IMG/VR virus record: IMGVR_UViG_3300030397_000311
Location: 1 to 35,734 of that record
Length of the DNA: 35,734 nucleotides
DNA from: a virus
Lineage: Duplodnaviria > Caudoviricetes
Reading direction: 5' to 3' (one strand)
The notes beneath the pieces were generated by a model, which was not told the origin of the DNA, made no database searches, and worked only from the letters and a program-made list of their open reading frames with translations. Shown here one piece after another: positions 26,183 to 33,716 of this stretch; position 1 is the stretch's first letter; every line of letters begins with the position of its first letter. The position numbers and the translations under genes are program-made.

Positions 26183-26397
26183 TTGTTAAGGGCCACCATT
26201 AAGTCTGTTACGGATGGTCCGTCATACAATTCACCCTTTATATGAGGCATTGCTTTACGTACCGCCTTCTCTATCTTGCGAAGGCGTTCTATTTCGTTGA
26301 TTGCTTCTTGAACATCGCTTTTGATGTAGATGCTGTGCCAATAAGCATCAGGAACCGTGTCGACGTTTTCTTGCAGCCTTTCAACAATGTCACTCAT
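26179..26397 (-). CDS. Ead-type modular small protein
   Basis: MSDIVERL..EAINEIERLRKIEKA; ATGA overlaps. Confidence 0.7.
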   Translation of the reverse strand: MSDIVERLQENVDTVPDAYWHSIYIKSDVQEAINEIERLRKIEKAVRKAMPHIKGELYDGPSVTDLMVALNK

Positions 26398-26690
26398 TCC
26401 GGTTCCTTTATGCGTTCGGGCCACCATTCGCCGCCGAGATAACGCTTCAACGGAATCGCATCGAGCATCGTGTTGACATAAAGAATTGACTCATCACGCA
26501 GGCCGTCGCCATTCTCGGGGTGCAAGAACACTTTCAGGCATCTAGGCGCATTACCGAATAGCCTGTGCCAATACCACCCCGGCTCTGTCGGGGGAGTTGA
26601 TTGCCAAAGGTTTCCCGCATGCTTTTTGCAGATGGTGCTGTCCGGCACTTCAGTGCAGTTGATCGGATCAGCACAGATACACTCCCTCAT
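26394..26690 (-). CDS. Hypothetical protein (PPTEPGWYW motif)
   Basis: Motif common in small early phage proteins; ATGA overlaps. Confidence 0.7.
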   Translation of the reverse strand: MRECICADPINCTEVPDSTICKKHAGNLWQSTPPTEPGWYWHRLFGNAPRCLKVFLHPENGDGLRDESILYVNTMLDAIPLKRYLGGEWWPERIKEPE

Positions 26691-27037
26691 CCCAACACCC
26701 CGCTATCAACAATAGCCTTGATGGTGTTCACGGTTCTGTCGCTTGATTCTGCATAGCCTATCGCTGGAAGGTCTCCTAACATTTCCACGACCGCTGTATA
26801 TCCGGGCCACGCTTCGACTCCCTTGTTATCCAGCGCATCCACCTGACGGACAAGCTGTGCGGCGAGTGCGTCTAATGATGGCTGGAAAGGATCGGAAATA
26901 CTGCACCCTAAGATGTTATATGCATTGCCGCTGTCCAAAGTGACTTGGATATAGAAATAATCGCCATTCTCTGGATCGGCCTCATATGTCCACCCATCGG
27001 CAAGCGTCACCGCCTTTTTAATCAGTTCAGCAGACAT
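26687..27037 (-). CDS. Hypothetical protein
   Basis: IKKAVTLADGW...LDALAAQLVRQVDA...DRTVNTIKAIVDSGVL. Confidence 0.7.
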   Translation of the reverse strand: MSAELIKKAVTLADGWTYEADPENGDYFYIQVTLDSGNAYNILGCSISDPFQPSLDALAAQLVRQVDALDNKGVEAWPGYTAVVEMLGDLPAIGYAESSDRTVNTIKAIVDSGVLG

Positions 27038-27539
27038 CGGCGTATGCCTTATAGGTTCTAATCAGCGAAATCATGCTTGGGTTGCAACCGTAGCGTTTCC
27101 CTAATTCCCGGCAGCTATGCTGAGAATTGCGAATATCGCGAATTTCGTTATCACCATATCGACGACGAGACCTTGCCATGCTCAACTGCATTCGCTTGGC
27201 TTTTCCCGTCGTGAGAGGCGCGGCCCTGCCTTTCTCATCACGGTCGCGAATGTTGTCAGCGTGTGTTCCGATCCAGAGGTGTCGCCAATTAACGCATGAC
27301 GGGTTATCGCATGAATGACAAATGATTTTCCCGTCCGGTATTGGTCCGTTTTTCAGTATCCACGCAAATCGATGCGCCATGATGTTTTTGCCGTTTACAT
27401 GTAGTCGCCCGTAACCCTTCGGGTTTCTGTGGCCTGTCCATATGTGGCAGTCGTCATCGGTTTCACCAATCTCAACACTTTCCCAGAATCGAGGGGCGGC
27501 AAGCTCAACGGCTTTCTTTATGTAGTCCTGGTCGTTCAC
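27027..27539 (-). CDS. HNH endonuclease (HNH_3 type) with C-terminal HTH
   Basis: RFWESV..CHIWTG....GYG...AHRFAW....GPIP.G..ICHSCDNPSCVN..HL..GTH.DN..D...KGR. Confidence 0.92.
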   Translation of the reverse strand: MNDQDYIKKAVELAAPRFWESVEIGETDDDCHIWTGHRNPKGYGRLHVNGKNIMAHRFAWILKNGPIPDGKIICHSCDNPSCVNWRHLWIGTHADNIRDRDEKGRAAPLTTGKAKRMQLSMARSRRRYGDNEIRDIRNSQHSCRELGKRYGCNPSMISLIRTYKAYADVC

Positions 27540-28441
27540 TGGTCCACCTGGTTGATGGCTTGAAATATCACCTCTGCAACCTGCGGGACTATGGCGTTTC
27601 CGAGTCCTCTAAGTCGGTCCACCCGAGAGGGAACCCCATTAGCCACTCGACCCACGTCGGGTTCAACGTCCCACGCGCCCACTCCTCCGGTGTCGATCCG
27701 CGGACCGATGGATGGTTGCCCAGCATCCCCTGCATGTTGCCTTTCGGCGTCCCGGCCGCGTCCTCGTTCGCTGACGGTGTCGGCCACAGGTTCCGGCAGC
27801 TCGTGTGTTTCTGCATTGATGGTGCCAACTGGTTCGCTTTGGTCGTTGGGGTAGCCAACAATCCAGATGCGGTCCCGCCTGTGGGGGGCGCCAATGGCTG
27901 AAGCTGGTATGCAATGCCATTCACAGTCATACCCGATCGTGGCCAGGTCTCCCGCAACACGGTCCAGCCCTCGACTAAGCAGCGCTGCGACGTTCTCCAA
28001 CACGGCGTATCGGGGTCGAATCTCGCCAATAAGACGGGCACACTCTTTCCATAGTCCTGACCTTTCACCGTCGATACCGGCGCCTTTGCCGGCATAGCTG
28101 ATGTCCTGGCAGGGAAATCCTCCAGTGATAATGTCAACTGGTCCTGCTGTTTGGGGTCCGTTGGCTGTTCGTCCACTAACACATAGTCCGCCAGGTCGCG
28201 GCCCCCGTGTTTTGTTCCGTGCCGGCCCACTCTTTTCGGGTCGCCTTTTTTGCTGTCGTGTGCCTGCGGTGTTGGCCACAACCCCTCTGATGTCTTCATA
28301 TATCGGCACTCCCGGCCAATGCTTCGCCAACACTTTTTGTGCGTATGGCTCGATTTCACAAAACCCAATCGTTTCCCAGCCTACATTACGGGCCGCAAGC
28401 GCAAATCCACCAATCCCGGAAAACAGGTCCAGGTGCTTCAC
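27536..28441 (-). CDS. dcm: DNA (cytosine-5)-methyltransferase, main polypeptide
   Basis: DLFSGIGG (I), GGFPCQDIS (IV), LENV (VI), HRRDRIW (VIII), LGNAIVP (X). Confidence 0.95.
   Translation of the reverse strand: MKHLDLFSGIGGFALAARNVGWETIGFCEIEPYAQKVLAKHWPGVPIYEDIRGVVANTAGTRQQKRRPEKSGPARNKTRGPRPGGLCVSGRTANGPQTAGPVDIITGGFPCQDISYAGKGAGIDGERSGLWKECARLIGEIRPRYAVLENVAALLSRGLDRVAGDLATIGYDCEWHCIPASAIGAPHRRDRIWIVGYPNDQSEPVGTINAETHELPEPVADTVSERGRGRDAERQHAGDAGQPSIGPRIDTGGVGAWDVEPDVGRVANGVPSRVDRLRGLGNAIVPQVAEVIFQAINQVDQ
27589..28299 (-). CDS. Nested alternative-frame C5-MTase partner polypeptide (TRD/motif IX-like)
   Basis: 236 open codons inside dcm, GGGAG upstream of ATG; repeated (W/A)PTP; C-terminal LNPTWVEWLMGFPLGWT. 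Confidence 0.7.
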   Translation of the reverse strand: MKTSEGLWPTPQAHDSKKGDPKRVGRHGTKHGGRDLADYVLVDEQPTDPKQQDQLTLSLEDFPARTSAMPAKAPVSTVKGQDYGKSVPVLLARFDPDTPCWRTSQRCLVEGWTVLRETWPRSGMTVNGIAYQLQPLAPPTGGTASGLLATPTTKANQLAPSMQKHTSCRNLWPTPSANEDAAGTPKGNMQGMLGNHPSVRGSTPEEWARGTLNPTWVEWLMGFPLGWTDLEDSETP

Positions 28442-28644
28442 GGGCAGGGCACCTCCTGGCCGTAGTAATTCTCGCAGGTCGATACCGGCTCAGGTTCGCT
28501 GGCATGGGTGTAAATGGCCGCGGCCAGGTAGCCGCCGGCATAGATGAATGCTGACACCAGCACGGCATAAATAATGCCCCTGGCAGGGTCCAGGTCATCC
28601 CTGTTTCTAACGGGCGTTTCCTTGTAGCGGTATTTAGGCATCAA
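28438..28644 (-). CDS. Small single-TM protein
   Basis: GGAG RBS; D.LDPARGIIYAVLVSAFI. Confidence 0.7.
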   Translation of the reverse strand: MMPKYRYKETPVRNRDDLDPARGIIYAVLVSAFIYAGGYLAAAIYTHASEPEPVSTCENYYGQEVPCP

Positions 28645-28662
28645 AAATCTCCAAAAATCGCT

Positions 28663-28884
28663 TTACGGCGTGTCGGCAATGAAATCCGGCGTGGTTTTGA
28701 GGCGTTTTGAAATCCAGTAACCCCGTGCGTTGACACTCATGCCGGCCTTTTCCATTTCGGCCGTATCCAGACAGCGCCTGTTGGTGGCCGGCCCGGTGCG
28801 GTGTTTGTCGAATGCATGCACCGAATTGAAGCATTCGCCACAGGCGCGGCACCAGCAGGTATTTGTGCCCGGGCGCAGTTTCAC
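28663..28884 (-). CDS. Phage FDxHR zinc-binding domain protein
   Basis: CRACGECFNSVHAFDKHR.G...RRC. Confidence 0.8.
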   Translation of the reverse strand: MKLRPGTNTCWCRACGECFNSVHAFDKHRTGPATNRRCLDTAEMEKAGMSVNARGYWISKRLKTTPDFIADTP

Positions 28885-29063
28885 CAGATCGTTACCACCG
28901 CGGCCTGTCGTTTCAGGCGCGCTTTCAGCTTGAAATGCATTGCTTTGGCAAACGGGTTGTCATACAACCACGCCATTGCCTGGAATTTCTTGTCAGCCAG
29001 TCTGGACTGTTCTTCAGGCGTGACCGTCAGTATGTGTTCGGGAATCTGTACGGTGTCATTCAT
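28881..29063 (-). CDS. Hypothetical protein
   Basis: Overlapping start/stop with both neighbours. Confidence 0.55.
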   Translation of the reverse strand: MNDTVQIPEHILTVTPEEQSRLADKKFQAMAWLYDNPFAKAMHFKLKARLKRQAAVVTIW

Positions 29064-29373
29064 CGTCCAGCACCTCGCGGACCTTGATGGCCCCGTCTAC
29101 ATACTCGTTGTGTCTGTAGTCGTATTTATTGCTGTTGATTGGGAACGCGATCATTGCGCCCGCACGAACTTTATGATGGTCTTCGGCCGGCTCCAGTGTA
29201 AACTCCCGGGGTTCAGTCGGTTTGATGCGGTAATCATATTTGTCATCCTCAAACATCCAGGCATTATCATCATCAACGTCGTACCATGCGCCACCCATGT
29301 GGCGCTCCTGGATCACCTTGCCATTTAGTGCTGCCTGTGCGATATCACGCACTTTTTCCCAATCTATGTTCAT
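29056..29373 (-). CDS. Hypothetical protein (YRIKP.PREF motif)
   Basis: GAGGTG RBS; GKVIQ..W.D...YDYRIKP.EPREF..IKVREVL. Confidence 0.75.
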   Translation of the reverse strand: MNIDWEKVRDIAQAALNGKVIQERHMGGAWYDVDDDNAWMFEDDKYDYRIKPTEPREFTLEPAEDHHKVRAGAMIAFPINSNKYDYRHNEYVDGAIKVREVLDDE

Positions 29374-29474
29374 ATTTCACCTCGTAAATTCAGGACCCCA
29401 TTCGCACCACAGGAGGGGTCTGGCCTGCTACAAAGGACACCGATCGAAAAAATAGGGAGCGCCCCGGTGCTTTA

Positions 29475-29939
29475 TTATTCAAGGTCTTTCCAGCTTCGGC
29501 CTGATCTAATATCGGAAATTGTCATTTCACTGACGCCGTATTTTTTCGCCAGCGTTTTGCGGTCGCCCCATTTTTTGGGCGCGTTCCGAATCTCTTGAAC
29601 AGCCTTCGCAGTAAGTTTTGCGCCTTTTCCGTGACGGCAGTTTTCTGCCTGCGAGACAATTTCAAGGTGGTGCGGATTGACGCAGGCGCGATTACTGCAT
29701 TTGTGATTGATTGTTTTTCCTTTGGGTATGGACCCGCAAAGCAGAGTCCATACCCACCGATGCGCCAGCCAGGTTTCACCAAACCATTGTTTTTTTCCGT
29801 AGCCGGTGCGGTTGTTGATCGACCCGCGCCAATTCCAGCAATCACCTGGATTTCCGATATCAACAAGGTTTTTGTAGCGAGCGCCATTCTTGTGTCCCTT
29901 CATAAAGTTTATGATACTAAATCGCTTAAAAGGTAACAA
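29475..29939 (-). CDS. HNH endonuclease (HNH_3 type) with C-terminal HTH
   Basis: DCWNWRG....GYG...LAHRWVW....G.IP.G..INHKCSNRACVNPHHL..VSQAEN; AKLT..V.EIR..LAKKYGVS. Confidence 0.92.
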   Translation of the reverse strand: MLPFKRFSIINFMKGHKNGARYKNLVDIGNPGDCWNWRGSINNRTGYGKKQWFGETWLAHRWVWTLLCGSIPKGKTINHKCSNRACVNPHHLEIVSQAENCRHGKGAKLTAKAVQEIRNAPKKWGDRKTLAKKYGVSEMTISDIRSGRSWKDLE

Positions 29940-29941
29940 CC

Positions 29942-30592
29942 TCAGAAGGGAATATCATCTGAAAAGTCATCCTTTCCTTCTTCGGAATAGGTTTCCTGGC
30001 GTTGCGGTTCGCTGGGTGGTGGTGCCTCGTCCGTCAATTTATGGCCAACAGCGACTTTTTCCTGCAGCCATTTCGGAAGTTTGTCAAATACCTGGCTGGC
30101 TTCCGATGCTTCCGGGTCATACAGGGTTGAAGGCGTTTCCTGTGCCGGCGCTTCCATGCCTGCAGGGATGCCCATGATGCCGGTGATGTTGGCGTAGACC
30201 TTGCCGTTGGATTCGTTATGCGTTACCGCAATCTGGCAGGGCAGGCCCAGCAAAACGCTGACATCAAACCCGTCCCGTATCTCGACCCCGGTGAACGCTT
30301 TACCGCGCCAGGACGAAAGGTGCTGACCCAGATGCGCCTTTTCACCAATGTTGTTGGTGTACAGCTTGCCAATGATGGCCGGCCCTTCATTTTGCTGGCC
30401 ATCCTTTTCCCATTCGACCCGTACGGCTGGTACTTCAAAGGCGATCCACACTTTGTGTTGCCATTTTTCCTGCCCCTGCCATTCGGTTTTCTGCATCCCG
30501 CAATCGACCACGGTGACGCAGCGGGCGATATGGGTGCCTGGTGGTACGGGTTTGAAGTCCCCGCCTTCTTTGCCTTTCGCTAAAATTGCCAT
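29942..30592 (-). CDS. Putative ssDNA-binding / replication-recombination protein
   Basis: DFKPVPPGTHIARC..VVD.G, EKA.L...L.SWRGK.F, LLG.PC.I.V.H; SSB-type acidic tail DDFSDDIPF; GAGG RBS. Confidence 0.75.
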   Translation of the reverse strand: MAILAKGKEGGDFKPVPPGTHIARCVTVVDCGMQKTEWQGQEKWQHKVWIAFEVPAVRVEWEKDGQQNEGPAIIGKLYTNNIGEKAHLGQHLSSWRGKAFTGVEIRDGFDVSVLLGLPCQIAVTHNESNGKVYANITGIMGIPAGMEAPAQETPSTLYDPEASEASQVFDKLPKWLQEKVAVGHKLTDEAPPPSEPQRQETYSEEGKDDFSDDIPF

Positions 30593-30885
30593 TTTTACCT
30601 CACTTTGGTTTTTGGCTTTGGTTAAGTTGCCCTGTGTGCAGGCCGGGCCAGCCCTATCCCTATCCCCGCAAATCGTGTCCGGATTCGGGCGGGGAATGGC
30701 ACGTTAATAAAAGCTTTCGCGACACTTGGCCGCTTTCCCTTTGCTGACTCAATTGGATAGACCATGAAAGCCCAATAATTTAATTTGTCTCTGTTGCCAG
30801 CAGCAGGCGCACGATTTGTTCACACCCCGTGGCGGCGTGACACCGCAAGACACTCGGGGCAAGGGCTGTTTGTCGTGCCATAGCA

Positions 30886-31281
30886 TTATGTTTCCCACTC
30901 TTCTTGCCGACCCTCATTCGCATCAGCCGTTTCCTTGTCGACCAGGGCATCGCCTTCGGCCGCCCTGCAGATAAAGCCGATTACGCTGTTGCACACAATC
31001 CAGCCGTTTTCGCCGTGGCGATCGGTGGACTCGTGAAAGTTATCCCACGCCCAATACTTTGCGGCCTGTGAGTGGGCGATGAATACGGACTGATCGCCGC
31101 AGTGGTCCTTGACTTCAAAATCAAAGAACTGCCCGAAATCGCGCCGGTGTACACCCTTGAACCAGCTACCGCCTGGTTTCGGGTGCCAGTTTTCAGGCGC
31201 CGGGTCATTAATGTTTTCCATCACGCCCAGCTCCTCTGGCGTGCGGGCGATGCTGATGAGGGTGTCTTTGAGGTCGGTCAT
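30886..31281 (-). CDS. Hypothetical protein
   Basis: 131-aa ORF, ATGA overlap with the upstream gene. Confidence 0.7.
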   Translation of the reverse strand: MTDLKDTLISIARTPEELGVMENINDPAPENWHPKPGGSWFKGVHRRDFGQFFDFEVKDHCGDQSVFIAHSQAAKYWAWDNFHESTDRHGENGWIVCNSVIGFICRAAEGDALVDKETADANEGRQEEWET

Positions 31282-31502
31282 GCGACTATCGCCACGATAA
31301 TAGCTACCGCAAAAATGATGCCGAAAATGACATTGATTCTGGCTGTCTTCTTTATCAGAGCCTGTAGTTCTTCTTCAGTTAGCGGAATGCCACCAATACC
31401 GTTGCAAGCATTACACCCAGCAGACATGCATTCATCACAGATTTTGTGAGGCCATTTGCCATTTCTGGCCCTGTGCTCAATGTCTTTACTGCTAATAATC
31501 AT
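31278..31502 (-). CDS. First leftward gene: small CxxC/CxxCxGxG zinc-binding protein with C-terminal TM
   Basis: GGGAG RBS before GTG/ATG; CDEC..GCNACNGIGG; hydrophobic tail. Confidence 0.65.
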   Translation of the reverse strand: MIISSKDIEHRARNGKWPHKICDECMSAGCNACNGIGGIPLTEEELQALIKKTARINVIFGIIFAVAIIVAIVA

Positions 31503-31540
31503 CACCGCTCTCCCGTTCGTGTATTTGCTGTGTATAGCTA

Positions 31541-31570
31541 ACTTTAACAAAGTCCTTGCAATCCTGTCAA
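31541..31570 (-). promoter_or_regulatory. Leftward sigma70-like promoter
   Basis: Minus strand TTGACA-18 nt-TAAAGT with TGn extension. Confidence 0.7.
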
Positions 31571-31584
31571 CAACAATTTAACAT
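31556..31584 (+). promoter_or_regulatory. Rightward sigma70-like promoter, overlapping the leftward one
   Basis: TTGCAA-17 nt-TAACAT, 7 nt before the cro ATG. Confidence 0.6.
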
Positions 31585-31591
31585 CGGTCCT

Positions 31592-31777
31592 ATGAAAGTA
31601 GATCAAGCCGTAGAGTTTTTTGGGAACCAAAGCCGGGTGGCTGAGGCGTTAGGAGTCACACGGGCAGCGGTTTCCAGGTGGAAATCAGACGGCCAGATAC
31701 CGCTCAAGAAGGCGGTCAAACTACAGGAGCTATCCGGCAATCAGTTAATCGTCCGTTTACAGGACTATGCCGAATGA
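31592..31777 (+). CDS. cro: Cro-like HTH regulator
   Basis: AVEFFGNQSRVAEALGVTRAAVSRW....IP..A..LQ.LS..L; first rightward gene. Confidence 0.9.
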   Translation: MKVDQAVEFFGNQSRVAEALGVTRAAVSRWKSDGQIPLKKAVKLQELSGNQLIVRLQDYAE

Positions 31778-31977
31778 CAGACATGAACGGAAACATGCAA
31801 TGTGAGTACTGCGGGAAGCGCGGTGAGAGGGGCCTCGATGTCGTCCTCTACCGTGTAGATCGCGGGCGTGTGCATCGTTTCTGTGACGACTGTGCGGTTG
31901 TCTGGGAGGATGACGGGCGGGTACTCAATCGCCTGTATGACCAGTCTGGTATTGATCAAAGCGGGGAGGCGGCATGA
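31774..31977 (+). CDS. Small zinc-finger protein
   Basis: CEYC...FCDDC; ATGA overlaps. Confidence 0.65.
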   Translation: MTDMNGNMQCEYCGKRGERGLDVVLYRVDRGRVHRFCDDCAVVWEDDGRVLNRLYDQSGIDQSGEAA

Positions 31978-32228
31978 GCTGGAAGCCGGGAGACAGGGCT
32001 GTTGTTGTTGGGTCACCCAGAACTAGCTGGAACGGTCGGGTTTTAACTGTGCTTTCGTCTGAAATTCTGTATGCGGGCAGGGCTTATGTGAAGATAGACC
32101 CATGCCCAGAAAACAGAATTGGCATATGGGTCCAATACCTCCGCAAGATCGATGACGATTACGATGGCCGCCAGCTCGCCAGTTGGGACGAGTGCGTGTG
32201 GCAGCCAAAGCGGGAAGTGGCGGCATGA
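31974..32228 (+). CDS. Hypothetical protein (KPGD.A.VV...LRKIDD...SWDEC.WQP)
   Basis: GGAGG RBS, ATGA overlaps. Confidence 0.7.
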   Translation: MSWKPGDRAVVVGSPRTSWNGRVLTVLSSEILYAGRAYVKIDPCPENRIGIWVQYLRKIDDDYDGRQLASWDECVWQPKREVAA

Positions 32229-32386
32229 ACAAAACCGAAATCTCCCGGCGGATAGCGGCATTAAACGAGCGGGTTGATGCACTGGCCAGGCAGGTAATTC
32301 CGCTGATTCATTCACCAACACAGCAGAGGCGGTATGCGAAGGCATTTGGGTTTACGGTGTCGGAAGTGCCGCAGGCCGACCGTTGA
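32225..32386 (+). CDS. Hypothetical protein
   Basis: ATGA overlap; MNKTEISRRIAALNERVDAL. Confidence 0.55.
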   Translation: MNKTEISRRIAALNERVDALARQVIPLIHSPTQQRRYAKAFGFTVSEVPQADR

Positions 32387-32520
32387 TGCGTTTGTGCGGT
32401 GGCCGGATGGTCGTTTGTTCCTGGTGTGTACCAGTTGCCGGCGCAAAGATGAGTTTTTAAGGAAATACCGGGAAGCATCACAACATGAACGTGTTGCCCG
32501 AAATCAATGCTAACCGGTAC

Positions 32521-32845
32521 GGGGTAGCGGGATCAGAGTGTCGCTTTGGTATATGGGCAGCACTCCCCGCCCCCGACTTCCGGTAATCAGGTGCCGATAA
32601 ATCCGAAAGGATGCCTGTTCGCGAGATGGTGGAAGGCCGTCTCACCTTAGATTGTTTTGATGGTGGTGACCATGCGGGGCTTAGGCGCGCAACAGCCACA
32701 GCCCTCGGCTTGAATCTCAGTGGAGATGTTGCGGAAACTGAGGGCCACCTTCAAAGCGATTTATGGCCGTAACCGGCCATTGGTTTCGGTAGCGGTAGCG
32801 GTAGCGGCAGGGGCAGCCAGGTTAAGACCGATTACCTGGCTGGCC
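32521..32845 (+). ncRNA. Candidate structured RNA region (array of hairpins)
   Basis: At least six stems, several with G-U pairs on the plus strand, one GAAA tetraloop; no convincing ORF. Confidence 0.45.
32787..32804. repeat. Hexamer tandem repeat (CGGTAG)x3
   Basis: CGGTAG CGGTAG CGGTAG, then a degenerate CGGCAG. Confidence 0.8.
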
Positions 32846-32880
32846 GTTGCCGGATTCGATAACAAACTGGAGAAAAAGCG

Positions 32881-33195
32881 ATGGCAACAGAACCACTGGG
32901 CAAGCGTGCAGGGCTTTGCGACAACACTAGCACTGATTCAACAATTGATAACCGGTTGACCGCAGAAATCATGGGTCAACTGGAAAACGTGCGGATTCGT
33001 AACGGCACAATTATCAACCGATTGCAGGGATTGAGGCTGCACCTGCTGGGCGTTGAAATCCCGCAACCGTCAGAAGGTCAAAGCGTCAATGCGGACAACC
33101 CCGGTCAACTGCTAGTCATCCGGGATATGACGGACGAAATCTTTTCCGATCAGGAAGAGATTTTCACCCTGCTTGATGACCTTTCGCGGTTGTAA
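32881..33195 (+). CDS. Hypothetical protein
   Basis: GGAG RBS, ATG, helical. Confidence 0.7.
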   Translation: MATEPLGKRAGLCDNTSTDSTIDNRLTAEIMGQLENVRIRNGTIINRLQGLRLHLLGVEIPQPSEGQSVNADNPGQLLVIRDMTDEIFSDQEEIFTLLDDLSRL

Positions 33196-33352
33196 TCATG
33201 CAAACAGGTGGTAAAGAGTCCCGCAATTACGTGGTCATTGAACTGAACCCGAATCCGTTGATCCTGGGGTCGTTGTTACGTGGGCTGCGGTATCGTAAGC
33301 AATCGTTACGCAAGACACGGGCCTATGAGAACAGCCACAAGGGGAAGGCCCG

Positions 33353-33604
33353 ATGAACAGGCGTGAATTTATGGCAGCAATTGGTGCCGGCGGCGTGGTC
33401 ACTGCGTCGGGCTTGTGGATGCCTGGTGAAAAACTGATAAGCATACCCAGCGGGGAAGTGTACACGGGCGGCAACAGGTTATTGACACCGGAAATGTTTG
33501 TTAAAGAATCGATCAGGATTTTGAAGCTGGAGTGGGGTTTTGATCCGCCGTTACGGGTTCGGGTACCTGTAGAGGAATTTGACGAACCATGTTCAGTGGC
33601 GTAG
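33353..33604 (+). CDS. Small protein with twin-arginine-like N-terminus
   Basis: MNRREFMAAIGAGGVVTASGLWMP; purine-rich RBS. Confidence 0.7.
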   Translation: MNRREFMAAIGAGGVVTASGLWMPGEKLISIPSGEVYTGGNRLLTPEMFVKESIRILKLEWGFDPPLRVRVPVEEFDEPCSVA

Positions 33605-33605
33605 A

Positions 33606-33634
33606 AAGTAGAAAGCCCCGGCGGGAACCGGGGC
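33606..33634 (-). terminator. Terminator-like hairpin with U-tract on the minus strand
   Basis: Minus strand GCCCCGG-TTCCCG-CCGGGGC followed by TTTCTACTT. Confidence 0.6.
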
Positions 33635-33680
33635 CAGAATCTGGTAGAAGTTTGGGTTGGGCACCTGAACACCAGAGACG
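33606..33680 (-). ncRNA. Candidate ~70-nt antisense RNA (OOP/RNA I-like)
   Basis: Bracketed by a minus-strand promoter and terminator; internal stem TCTGGT/ACCAGA. Confidence 0.5.
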
Positions 33681-33686
33681 CAAGAG

Positions 33687-33716
33687 ATTTTACCTACCAC
33701 ATCTTGTGCTCTGCAA
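33687..33716 (-). promoter_or_regulatory. Antisense sigma70-like promoter
   Basis: Minus strand TTGCAG-18 nt-TAAAAT. Confidence 0.55.

Noticed and set aside
30600-30886. Gene or RNA in the gap upstream of the SSB-like gene
   Set aside because: Only short ambiguous ORFs and one GC-rich hairpin (CCCCGC/GCGGGG at about 30665-30694); not enough to call
32686-32746. HDV-like/theta ribozyme
   Set aside because: The order of crossing stems is suggestive, but the L3 CC for P1.1 and the C-R-A J4/2 are not evident and no tRNA is adjacent; kept only as generic structured RNA
32720-32959. 79-aa ORF with VAVAVAA
   Set aside because: Product of the CGGTAG repeat and hairpins; no RBS; overlaps the better-supported gene at 32881
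33196-33352. tRNA gene in the intergenic gap
   Set aside because: Some pairing (GTGGGCTG/CAGCCAC) but no TTCRA T-loop or cloverleaf; no tRNA recognised anywhere in the window
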